Source of the DNA: a virus | Direction: 5' to 3' (one strand) | IMG/VR virus record: IMGVR_UViG_3300033064_003457 | Coordinates: 1-64,000 of that record | Length of the DNA stretch: 64,000 nucleotides | Part shown: piece by piece, positions 26,876 to 36,049 of the stretch | Layout: every line of letters starts with the position of its first letter | Position numbering within the stretch: the first letter of the stretch is position 1 | Program-made: the position numbers and the translations under genes | The notes under the pieces: model-generated | The model's input: the letters and a program-made list of their open reading frames with translations, nothing else | What the model was told of the DNA's origin: nothing | Databases searched by the model: none

Positions 26876-28900
26876 TTATATATAGTTTATTATTGGGTAT
26901 TCTCCAAGAGCCATATGCTTTAATATCTTTTCCCTAATTTCATCTTCCTCGAAGCTACCACCATTTGATTGCAATAATACTTTTGGCACATTTATAACTA
27001 ATACTCCATTGGAAGGAAACGCCTTGCCGTCAAAATAACCAACATCCCAATAGAATTGTGCTTCTGGTTGTATTTCTTCAACATTTGCCAGGTCTTGGAT
27101 GGCAGACTTGCTTAATCCGCCTCCCCTAGTACGAACATCAGTAACTTCTACATCGGCAACCTTACAGTGTGGCCCTACCGAAACGCTACCTAACCTAAAA
27201 TCATAAGAACCAGATGGTGTTCCAGTAAAATTATGATACAACGATTCGCTACATACAACTTCATTGGCATCTATGTCAATATATGGTCTTAAAAAAACAT
27301 GTGCTACTGTACCAGAGGCGTACATTCCATAACTATGTCCCGGAGTAGGATTAAGATCTAGCTCAAGATATGGTAACGATTCACCTGTAGGAAAAGGATA
27401 CCCACTACCAACAAAACCGTCATACTCATAGTAGTCTGATTCATATGCATAGTCAACTACTATATCATCCCTATGATTTAATATCTGAGCTACCTTTACT
27501 GTTCCATTGTAAACATCCCAATCAAGTATGCTGTTCTGTGATAAGGAACTGTCATTTACTTTAATATGCATATAGCTTGATGGAGGAAACCCTGGATCGT
27601 CACTATTGTATAATACATCGCTAGGATCTATATATACAGGAGTTCTGTATAGCTGTATTTCCTGCTGACCTAATAGGTCTGGCCTTTCAGATATTACATC
27701 TTTGCGCGGTTTACCATGGGTCATGCTCCATAATTGTGTATTGTACTCTGGAACAGCGTATTCCCACATGGTACCTTGTCCTGATGGCACAGCTGACCCA
27801 TCAGCTAGCATTCTTCTTCTGAACCTTCCATTCTTAACCTGTAAGTACCAGTTATCATCTATGTCTGCATTGTTAGGCTTTTTTAAATATATAGAGTTAT
27901 ACGCTCTTGGCTTAAGATAATAATACGATCTTATGGCAGTGAATGTGGCCCTATCACCATTTTTTAAATAATTATCTGAATTAACATCTACACTTACTCC
28001 AGGGATGCCTGTTATCGTTGTTCCTATAGTAAAATTTGTTTGGCTACCCCAAGTGTCAGCAGTAGACGATGTAAGGTAATCATTGGCTGGAGCACCATCT
28101 CTAGTTTTATCTCTCTTAATACTAAATGTAGTTGTACTGGTGGCATCTAGAGTATATGTTACAGTAACACCAAGCGCATATTCTTTTACTATTGCTAGGT
28201 CTGGCTTAATTGTGGTTGGAGCAGCCTCAAAGGAAATACCAATAGAATTGATAAGCTCAGACAGTGTAGGGACTGGTGGAACAACACAGCTCCATAGTCC
28301 ATCTCCCAATTCTAACAATGAGTATTGCTCAGTGGCTATCAGGGGGTTACCTAATACAAAAAACTGCCTAGCGTTAAGTGACTCATGCCAGCTAGGATAG
28401 ATTGTACTACCGTCTATATTGCATCTATTGTATCTTACTTTATAAATCACATATTCTGTATTTTTGAAATCTGTTAATACTTCTATCTTGTACACATTCT
28501 TCATCTGTCTTTCAGCGCGAACTATGTAGTTTATGCCCTTCAATATATTTTCATTTTGATCTGTAATATATACCTGTTTTGTAGGATTCTCTCCATATGT
28601 ATAATGGTAGAATCTACCTATATGGTTAAAGTATAGAGGTGCAGCATCCTTGTCATTCGTTGATGGAGTTGTCACATTCGTAACGTCAAAATCAATCACA
28701 GTTAACGCTGGCATGTGTCCACCGGAATCAACATAGGACTCCACCAAAGAAGAATCTAGCTGGGCTACATTCTCTTCCCACTCATAAGAATGGTCTACTA
28801 ATGATATATTTCTTTCTGGGTCAAGCCCAGGCACGTCTATCATGGCCAAAGCAAACCCTGATGGTGAAATGTGTCGTCCTACTCTAAAGGTTACAGACAT
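26876..28900 (-). CDS. Virion structural (baseplate-peripheral) protein
   Basis: Position in the baseplate block; beta-rich; C-terminal DVRTRGGGL...YWDVG segment. Confidence 0.55.
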   Translation of the reverse strand: MSVTFRVGRHISPSGFALAMIDVPGLDPERNISLVDHSYEWEENVAQLDSSLVESYVDSGGHMPALTVIDFDVTNVTTPSTNDKDAAPLYFNHIGRFYHYTYGENPTKQVYITDQNENILKGINYIVRAERQMKNVYKIEVLTDFKNTEYVIYKVRYNRCNIDGSTIYPSWHESLNARQFFVLGNPLIATEQYSLLELGDGLWSCVVPPVPTLSELINSIGISFEAAPTTIKPDLAIVKEYALGVTVTYTLDATSTTTFSIKRDKTRDGAPANDYLTSSTADTWGSQTNFTIGTTITGIPGVSVDVNSDNYLKNGDRATFTAIRSYYYLKPRAYNSIYLKKPNNADIDDNWYLQVKNGRFRRRMLADGSAVPSGQGTMWEYAVPEYNTQLWSMTHGKPRKDVISERPDLLGQQEIQLYRTPVYIDPSDVLYNSDDPGFPPSSYMHIKVNDSSLSQNSILDWDVYNGTVKVAQILNHRDDIVVDYAYESDYYEYDGFVGSGYPFPTGESLPYLELDLNPTPGHSYGMYASGTVAHVFLRPYIDIDANEVVCSESLYHNFTGTPSGSYDFRLGSVSVGPHCKVADVEVTDVRTRGGGLSKSAIQDLANVEEIQPEAQFYWDVGYFDGKAFPSNGVLVINVPKVLLQSNGGSFEEDEIREKILKHMALGEYPIINYI

Positions 28901-28909
28901 TAATACTCC

Positions 28910-29212
28910 TTATGGTGCGTATGTACAATATCCATCTGCTGATAAATGTACACTGCTTGTATTTACATCATCTATTTGTATAGTACCATTAACTATGTGC
29001 GACGTGGTTACGCTACTCGCAGCTAGCATGGTTCCACTTATGACACTCGCTGGTATTTGACTAGCCGCAATAGTTCCTGCTACGTTGGTAAAATTAACCT
29101 GTACACCGTAAGTGCCGTCATGCGTATGAGAGTTAATTGCTGCAACCATAGCATTCATTTTTGCAGAGGCTAGTTTTTCATATAATGCATATGTACCACT
29201 ATATACAGCCAT
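28910..29212 (-). CDS. Small fibre-like protein
   Basis: SHTHDG (HxH) and short beta-spiral-like repeats (IPASVISGTMLAASSVTTSHIVNGTI). Confidence 0.55.
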   Translation of the reverse strand: MAVYSGTYALYEKLASAKMNAMVAAINSHTHDGTYGVQVNFTNVAGTIAASQIPASVISGTMLAASSVTTSHIVNGTIQIDDVNTSSVHLSADGYCTYAP

Positions 29213-29221
29213 TGGTTCCTC

Positions 29222-30091
29222 CTATGTTAGATAATCTAACATGTCTAATAAAGATCTATCTAATACAAATGGCTCAGAGGTGCTATAGTACTGTAGTATT
29301 TGTACTATATCATATATACCAGATGCATCTTGATAATAAGCTTTTATGTTTTGTACTCCAGTATTGTATTTTGTAGCTAAGTACTTTATTCTTGCTATGC
29401 CACCAGAGTCAGTGTCTTTTATTACCTCGATAGGGTATCCACTGCCATCTGCAGCCTGTACTGTCCCATCTGCTGATTCAAAGTACCCTAACTCTGTATA
29501 GTCCCCAACGTCTTGTATCTCAAAAACTATAGGTGCCTCAGCCACCCTATCATAGTTGGCATCATAAAGTGTAGCTGTCAGCTCTGCTCTTCTATAGCCA
29601 TCTGCCCATAATGAGCTTTGTGATGTAGCTAAGTATAGCGCATCTGGAGAACTTATAGTAGAGTAATGGATGAACCCACCCTCCCTTATTTCTCCTCTGG
29701 CCGGATGAATGTCTATAGTATCTAATGTGTAATACCCACTAGGTCCTGCTTCATATTCTATAAAAACATTTTCAGTTAACGTTTTGTTAAAAACCAGTTT
29801 ACCACTAGAGTCAGGATGCAATGCAAACTCATCTAAAGAGGTATCGTACACGCCAGCTGGTGTTAGCGTGAAATCACCAAAACCAACCTTGGTATATTTA
29901 CCACTGCCACCTATCCTAGCCCAAGGATCTTGAGCTGTAGTTGTTTCATTCCCTGATGATGTGACAACTATTGGTGCATTTTGAGTAACAGCATGGTCTA
30001 GCGCACAGTAAGACACACCTGTGCTTGCTGACTCATAAGCCTTTTGAGAGTATAGGTAATATTCGTTATATAGAAATCCGCTAGCTGTCAT
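29222..30091 (-). CDS. Virion protein with an Ig-like (Big_1-like) domain
   Basis: LWADG...AELTATLYDAN...IVF...TDSGGIARIKY pattern. Confidence 0.55.
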   Translation of the reverse strand: MTASGFLYNEYYLYSQKAYESASTGVSYCALDHAVTQNAPIVVTSSGNETTTAQDPWARIGGSGKYTKVGFGDFTLTPAGVYDTSLDEFALHPDSSGKLVFNKTLTENVFIEYEAGPSGYYTLDTIDIHPARGEIREGGFIHYSTISSPDALYLATSQSSLWADGYRRAELTATLYDANYDRVAEAPIVFEIQDVGDYTELGYFESADGTVQAADGSGYPIEVIKDTDSGGIARIKYLATKYNTGVQNIKAYYQDASGIYDIVQILQYYSTSEPFVLDRSLLDMLDYLT

Positions 30092-30099
30092 ATTGTTCC

Positions 30100-31404
30100 T
30101 TATAGGTTAAATACCCCTGATGGATAAGAAGAATAAAAATAACCAGAATGTATATCTAGATACCAAGAAAAACCACTTATTCCAGGGTTCCAAACTTCTC
30201 TTGCTTGTTCCTTCACCCATAAATCATCGTTGTCCCCAATTCCAGGACTTTGCCACTTTTCATATAGACCACTAGCATCAGGATCCCAAATATGAGGCAA
30301 ATAAGAGTATCCTATTCCTTCTTCATCTACGCTATCCCAATACCCCTCATCTGCTATTATGTTGCCCCAGAATATAGGGTTTCTAGAATACACTTCAGAT
30401 ACATATGTCTCTAGTGGTGTATTTATAGCATTGTTATCTTCATTTAATAAATTTCCAGAATAATTTGGGTTAGCTAAATCATCTAATTTCTCTATAGTTA
30501 TATCACTGTAGGTTAACCCAAGCTCTCTAGCTATCCCATATTTTAAGCCAGCATATGTTGCACTAGCCGGATTCTGATATACGTCTGATAGCCTATCTTT
30601 GTAATCACTATTGTTTTCTCCATAGTTTCTTTCAAGCCCTAGCAATAGTCCTAGCTCATCAAAATAGTTCCATACGTTAAATGCCTCTGTGGTAGCAACT
30701 ATAAGATTGATTGTAGCGCTTACGATATCGCTCACAATGCCCGACGTAGATCCAACTACGGATGATATTGCTTCTATATAGTTATCTCCACTTACTAGTG
30801 GCATATTGTACTGCCATATTACCCCAGAAATTCCATTAGGGTAGCTAGCTTCGCTCCAATCTCCGTCATTATTTCGTATAAAAACATGCAATGATGTCTC
30901 TTTAGTGCCAGTTATTAATTGCCAGAAATCATCAGCAGGAGAAGTAACTGTATCTATTGTAGGCGGGTAAGGACTACTTACAAATAGATTAAACTCATAA
31001 ACATCAGACCAACTAGAATAGTTTAGTCCGTCATATGATCTTATTCTAGCATAATGAAGTCCCTCGCGAGAGAGTTGGCTTTCGGTTGGCAATAGATATG
31101 TCTGGTCCTCAGCCGAAAATCCATCTAAGTCTATGTCTGGATTAGAAAAATCATTAGCCCCAAAGTTTATTTGCAGCTGATATGTTATTACATCTGAATC
31201 AGAAGCAGATATGTTCCATGTAAATGTAGGGTCAACCCAGCTTATAGTATATGTGCCACTCACTAACTCTGCACTTTGTATCGCTAAAGATGTCGGCGTT
31301 GGCGCTGGATAATCAATTCCATACTTAGCTCCAGAGCCATAGCCTACATTGTTATATTTGTTTGTAGATGTGCTGTAATATCCGTAAGAATAAGACCGAG
31401 CCAT
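30100..31404 (-). CDS. Baseplate wedge-like protein with FN3/Ig-like domains
   Basis: FDELGLLLGLERNYGENNSDYKDRL (wedge-type LD..G...R..E....YR.R motif); YARIRSYDGLNYSSWS (FN3-like). Confidence 0.6.
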   Translation of the reverse strand: MARSYSYGYYSTSTNKYNNVGYGSGAKYGIDYPAPTPTSLAIQSAELVSGTYTISWVDPTFTWNISASDSDVITYQLQINFGANDFSNPDIDLDGFSAEDQTYLLPTESQLSREGLHYARIRSYDGLNYSSWSDVYEFNLFVSSPYPPTIDTVTSPADDFWQLITGTKETSLHVFIRNNDGDWSEASYPNGISGVIWQYNMPLVSGDNYIEAISSVVGSTSGIVSDIVSATINLIVATTEAFNVWNYFDELGLLLGLERNYGENNSDYKDRLSDVYQNPASATYAGLKYGIARELGLTYSDITIEKLDDLANPNYSGNLLNEDNNAINTPLETYVSEVYSRNPIFWGNIIADEGYWDSVDEEGIGYSYLPHIWDPDASGLYEKWQSPGIGDNDDLWVKEQAREVWNPGISGFSWYLDIHSGYFYSSYPSGVFNL

Positions 31405-31415
31405 TATCTAACCCC

Positions 31416-32576
31416 TTATGTTATGCTTACCACGATTCCACTTTCTACTTTAATTGTTTTTCCGTCTGTAGTTGTAAAGCTACCATTAGCCCCTGTACTG
31501 GCCCCAGTAGTATACTGAGCAGCATACATTGTATCAAAACTACCAGTATCAAAAGTAACTGCTTGGCTACCAACTGTTCTTAATCCGCTAGCCTCAGGCA
31601 TGATATTGCCACTAGCAGTAGCACTACCTTGTAGGAATATATCATTGCTTAACTCAAACTGATCATCAGTATTGTTCCACCTTAGCCATTCACCATCAAA
31701 CGTGTCATTATAGAAATAATACCATGAGTCAGAGTTAGGACCATCAGAATTTACTCCCATCCAGACACCACTACAAGATATTTCTTCTGCCCATACCCTG
31801 TTTGTGTCCACCAATTCTCTAACGCTGATACTACCAGGGACATCGAGGTCTCCAACAAGCAGATCATTGATATCAACCCCATGAGGATTGGTATCTGACT
31901 GGGCTACCCCACCGCGAGAATCTATATGCCCTTGTACGCTGGCAGGGGTACACGAACCAGGTGGAGTAACAAATATTGAATCTGCAAAATGTGCAGCATT
32001 ATGATTGTCTTGATGAGTCTTAATGTCTAGTATCGTAGGCGCTCCAGACGCAAGCCAGTTATCACCCATTATATCGTTGCTTATTCCATCTGGCACTATT
32101 GATCTGGACGATATCCTGTGTCCATCAAATCCACTCGCAGCTATTCTCTGCTCCATGGTGTTTAATCTACCACCTACGGTAGGCCAGCCAGCCTTAAGGT
32201 TTATCCCTAATTCTGTTTCTACATTTTCTATCTCTGTTTGGAGTTCATTAACGTGTTCAGCCATTATGTCATCACCAAGAGTAGTATACCTAGCCTCTAT
32301 GGCAGAACCTAAATCCGTCGAATAAAAAGTTACTTTACCATCATCGTAATCTACTAAAAATTGTCCTGCTGCGGTTGGAGTAGAAAGTACCTCTGTCCAT
32401 TCAGCGCCGCCAGATGCAAAGACATGTGTTGTATCAACATCCTTTGGTACATGGTCAAGATACATTGTGTACGGCGATGATAATGGTACGTTAAAATACT
32501 CTCCACTTACATACCACCCGCTTGCACTCTTATCTATTTTAGTAGTGTAAGTTGGAATGTCTGCGGGATAACCCAT
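31416..32576 (-). CDS. Tail fibre / baseplate-attached protein
   Basis: QFLVDYDDGKVTF, IMAEHVNELQ, NPHGV, and C-terminal FTTTDGKTIKVESGIVVSIT. Confidence 0.55.
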   Translation of the reverse strand: MGYPADIPTYTTKIDKSASGWYVSGEYFNVPLSSPYTMYLDHVPKDVDTTHVFASGGAEWTEVLSTPTAAGQFLVDYDDGKVTFYSTDLGSAIEARYTTLGDDIMAEHVNELQTEIENVETELGINLKAGWPTVGGRLNTMEQRIAASGFDGHRISSRSIVPDGISNDIMGDNWLASGAPTILDIKTHQDNHNAAHFADSIFVTPPGSCTPASVQGHIDSRGGVAQSDTNPHGVDINDLLVGDLDVPGSISVRELVDTNRVWAEEISCSGVWMGVNSDGPNSDSWYYFYNDTFDGEWLRWNNTDDQFELSNDIFLQGSATASGNIMPEASGLRTVGSQAVTFDTGSFDTMYAAQYTTGASTGANGSFTTTDGKTIKVESGIVVSIT

Positions 32577-32593
32577 TGCTTATTACCTCCTAA

Positions 32594-33568
32594 TTATGTG
32601 TTAGATATAAAAACACCCGACTGATAATTTTCTCTAAAATACACATATCGATTATCTTTGTCTAGTATAAAATAATCATGTCTTGGCTCCAAGCCATATA
32701 TCCTATTTTTACCAGTATCACATAACCATATATTTTTTTCTTCGTCAATTATTATACCAGAAGGTTCATGCTCAATACCATCGGTTATTTCGAATACAGC
32801 TAGCAAATCTAACGTATCATTTCGTGGTATTTGAGTTCTTGTGCTTGTGATATTTATAAAATACTTATTGTCTAAATGTCCTACCCACCATAGCATGTGG
32901 TCAGAATAAAACATGTCTATTGGATACCCAGACCCAGTTGGAGGGTATGACTCATAGTCCCCCATTGATTCTCTGTCTTGTTTTCTTATTCCACCATCAG
33001 CATAACACCAAGAAATATCATGCTCAACTTTCCATATGTCTATATACTTTTGACCTAAATCTATTATACCGCTTGGTTTTGTATGCCATTCTATACTATC
33101 TACATTGGAAGCATAGTCGCCAGAACTCATAACTTCTAGCCTGGTAGGCAATACATCATAATAAAACTCTTCTAAGTTATTTATTTCTTTCAGCCATATG
33201 TTGCTTACACCACTAGGTTCACATCCTGATGGAGCAGTTATGCACCTAAGTCCCGAAGCAGAAGCGTCAGTTAGGTTTATGTCGGAGCCTAACTTAGATC
33301 TATAGATAACATCTATCTCATCAACTGGGGCTATATCTAAGAACTTACCCTTAAACACGTCATCCATCTTTTCTTCCAGATTTTCCAGATCTATCGCTGC
33401 CGATGAAAAAAACTGTTGGCCCCTAGACCTATTGTTGCTTCTTATATGCATCCATGGAGGAAACATATTAGACAGCTTTTGTGTAACATGGCTTCTATAG
33501 TAACCACTAGCAGCTATGTTGTCTCCTGGGTTAACATATGTTCTATCACAACTGATTGGATAAGTCAT
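32594..33568 (-). CDS. Baseplate-associated protein
   Basis: Follows the baseplate J-like gene; LSNMFPPW resembles wedge N-termini. Confidence 0.5.
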   Translation of the reverse strand: MTYPISCDRTYVNPGDNIAASGYYRSHVTQKLSNMFPPWMHIRSNNRSRGQQFFSSAAIDLENLEEKMDDVFKGKFLDIAPVDEIDVIYRSKLGSDINLTDASASGLRCITAPSGCEPSGVSNIWLKEINNLEEFYYDVLPTRLEVMSSGDYASNVDSIEWHTKPSGIIDLGQKYIDIWKVEHDISWCYADGGIRKQDRESMGDYESYPPTGSGYPIDMFYSDHMLWWVGHLDNKYFINITSTRTQIPRNDTLDLLAVFEITDGIEHEPSGIIIDEEKNIWLCDTGKNRIYGLEPRHDYFILDKDNRYVYFRENYQSGVFISNT

Positions 33569-33576
33569 TTGATCTC

Positions 33577-34710
33577 CTATAATATTCTAATGGCTTCTGA
33601 CGAGTCTGGATTAGGGTAGAACATCTCATCCCAATATATCTCTACATTTCCTAAGAAATGAGGTTGCTCTCTAAAATAATAACAGCTCACTACATGGTCT
33701 TTTATCTTTGTGTCTACATCCATTATCTGTTGTCTAAGTTCATTCAGGATGAATTCTCCACCTAAAGGTATGTTGACTATATACTTTTCTACAGCTGTTC
33801 TTACATTGCCCCTTATGTTTGTTTTTTCAAAATCTGTTGTATTGCTTAAAAACATTAATTTGATATCTAGATTCACTGGAACAATTGTAGGAGATATGGC
33901 GGTACCCTTTACTCCTAGCGCATGAGCGCTGTCTATAGCGTTCTGTACATTCCCTACTAAGGCGCTATTAGCAATACCCTCCACAGGTATAACTATAAGA
34001 TCATATGACCCTATCCCTCTAGCGTAGGGCTTTATAACAACATCAGATACTCCAGGAACTGATAACGCTGCCAATCTCACTGCTATCTCGTTAGCTTTCT
34101 CTGCTGCCAATGTTGCGTTAGATAATCTATACCTATAGTTTGAATCTGCTTCTGTGTCAGTACCACTAGCTATGGCCTTGTTGTTGGTTGTATATACACC
34201 ATCCACCCCAAGGTCTGTTACTATCAGTGTATTTTTGCCAACATTATATTTAGTACCCTTATCTTCTGCAATTATAGGAACATAGACTTCAGTGTCACCG
34301 ACTGAAAATGCAGTATTTTCTGAAACATAAAACGTTATTACACCATCACTCGTTCTGACGTATGTGTTGGCTGGTATTATGTCCGTTGGTATTCTATCAT
34401 GGAGTGTACCTGCAGTAACATAGAAACGCTGTGTATTGTCTGCCGCCCCTAGCTCTGCTTTGGCCGATACCAACCTTTGCATATTAAACATTTGTCCTAT
34501 AAGATCCAAGAAGTATCCTTCTGCAGTAGAAAGAAAGCTCATGGCCATGTTAATGTCTAATACATCATAATATTCTGCTATATTCTTATTTATAATTTCT
34601 ATCAGAGATCTAGTCACTCCACCTATACTGGTATTAGTTATATCAGTATTAGTTTCTAGAAATGATAAAGCATCTTGTACTAATTCTCCATATTCTTTTT
34701 TAAATAGCAT
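33577..34710 (-). CDS. Baseplate J-like wedge protein
   Basis: STAEGYFLDLIG, GTKYNVG, SGTDTEADSNYRYR and ALSVPGVSDV are baseplate J motifs; start taken at ATG 34710 with SD AGGAG. Confidence 0.88.
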   Translation of the reverse strand: MLFKKEYGELVQDALSFLETNTDITNTSIGGVTRSLIEIINKNIAEYYDVLDINMAMSFLSTAEGYFLDLIGQMFNMQRLVSAKAELGAADNTQRFYVTAGTLHDRIPTDIIPANTYVRTSDGVITFYVSENTAFSVGDTEVYVPIIAEDKGTKYNVGKNTLIVTDLGVDGVYTTNNKAIASGTDTEADSNYRYRLSNATLAAEKANEIAVRLAALSVPGVSDVVIKPYARGIGSYDLIVIPVEGIANSALVGNVQNAIDSAHALGVKGTAISPTIVPVNLDIKLMFLSNTTDFEKTNIRGNVRTAVEKYIVNIPLGGEFILNELRQQIMDVDTKIKDHVVSCYYFREQPHFLGNVEIYWDEMFYPNPDSSEAIRIL

Positions 34711-34711
34711 T

Positions 34712-35131
34712 TTATTCTCCTGGTATATTGGTAACACCCTCTACCATGTCTAACACATAATCAGGTGTAACATTGAGTTGCTCTATCCCGTCATTAACAA
34801 AAATATAAAAAACTATTTTTTCCAGCGCCACCGGAACTCCCCTAACATATAGATCCATATTTCTAACCATGCCATCAGCTGTTAACGAATGTACTATCTT
34901 GGATTCGCCAACCTTAGCAGTTTCTTTTGTGTTAGGTTCTCCGATTAACTCATCTATGTCTGCACCTACATTTGGATGCGGCTCAAACTCACCATAGCTT
35001 GTTCTTACCCTAAAGGTTATATCTTGCTTAAGCACTCCTGATGCTGCTATAAGAGATAGATCACTCCCTGAGGCCAAAGATAGATCTCCGCTTGGTGTAA
35101 GACATATATCTATTTTGTCATATAGACCCAT
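34712..35131 (-). CDS. Baseplate wedge protein (gp25/gp46-like)
   Basis: GDLSL...LKQDITFRVRTSYGE..HPNVGADIDELIG; located before baseplate J. Confidence 0.75.
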   Translation of the reverse strand: MGLYDKIDICLTPSGDLSLASGSDLSLIAASGVLKQDITFRVRTSYGEFEPHPNVGADIDELIGEPNTKETAKVGESKIVHSLTADGMVRNMDLYVRGVPVALEKIVFYIFVNDGIEQLNVTPDYVLDMVEGVTNIPGE

Positions 35132-35141
35132 AGTTTATCTC

Positions 35142-35660
35142 CTAAGCATTAATAAATTCTGTAAATGGTTTCATGAAATCTTTGAACATACCTATATACC
35201 CTGGTATCCTATACAAATATTGTGGCTCTACCCTATGAACATGCTTCATGCTAATAGTGTGTATATGGCCATCTGGGGCAGGGTCTGTTATAATGGGCAT
35301 TTTGCCGTCACCTATAACACTACTTATGTCTAGGCCTTGAGATCCTGCCATTTTATAGGCTACTTCCTTTACCAATGATTCTGCCATTACTGTTTCAGTA
35401 TGAGTAAATAACTTATATGAGTTAGGATTCTCTGTGTATTCTGCTTTCTTAATAGACTTGCCCTTGCTGGTCATATACAAATCACCCTGTATGGTTATCC
35501 CGTTGTCACCAACCTGTATACCATTAACAAGATTTCTGCTTGTTATTGTTACATTGTCATCGTCTATAATAACCGCAGACGCCTTTTCAGCATCTTTACT
35601 AGCTATTGCAACTTTTCCCTCGTGGGTATTAAAAAATAATCTTTCAAAATTTATACTCAT
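35142..35660 (-). CDS. Putative central spike C-terminal protein
   Basis: Short beta-strand repeats followed by HIH and HVH (HxH metal-binding tip motifs); location between hub and gp25-like genes. Confidence 0.5.
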   Translation of the reverse strand: MSINFERLFFNTHEGKVAIASKDAEKASAVIIDDDNVTITSRNLVNGIQVGDNGITIQGDLYMTSKGKSIKKAEYTENPNSYKLFTHTETVMAESLVKEVAYKMAGSQGLDISSVIGDGKMPIITDPAPDGHIHTISMKHVHRVEPQYLYRIPGYIGMFKDFMKPFTEFINA

Positions 35661-36049
35661 TATGCACCAAGTTTTTCGTCTATCAATTCTATCTGTTGAG
35701 CCTTTATATCATCCATGTCATCCCTGTCCCATTCATCAAAAGAATTTATAAATGTCTGTGGTATAAGAAATCCTATAGAGCTTGGAGAATTGTCTTGAGG
35801 TATATTTAGCACTAAAGCATAGAACTTTTCTTTCAAATGCAAATCCCACCATCTCATCGGTCTATTACCACATATGACATTAAACTCAACTTTTTCTGTA
35901 TTGTCATCATCAGACACAAATGGTGCAACTTGCATAACCAAACCCATGCCTTTTATGTCTACTACTTTTGTAATCCTACACACAGAAAATGGCTGGTATT
36001 TAAATAAATCATTGTCTATCTTTCCTCTTATGGCGTCTATTGGTCTCAT
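35660..36049 (-). CDS. Hypothetical baseplate protein, possibly an OB-fold spike N-terminal part
   Basis: Likely start at 36049 (ATGA overlap, SD GGAG); CRITKV-type beta strands. Confidence 0.45.
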   Translation of the reverse strand: MRPIDAIRGKIDNDLFKYQPFSVCRITKVVDIKGMGLVMQVAPFVSDDDNTEKVEFNVICGNRPMRWWDLHLKEKFYALVLNIPQDNSPSSIGFLIPQTFINSFDEWDRDDMDDIKAQQIELIDEKLGA

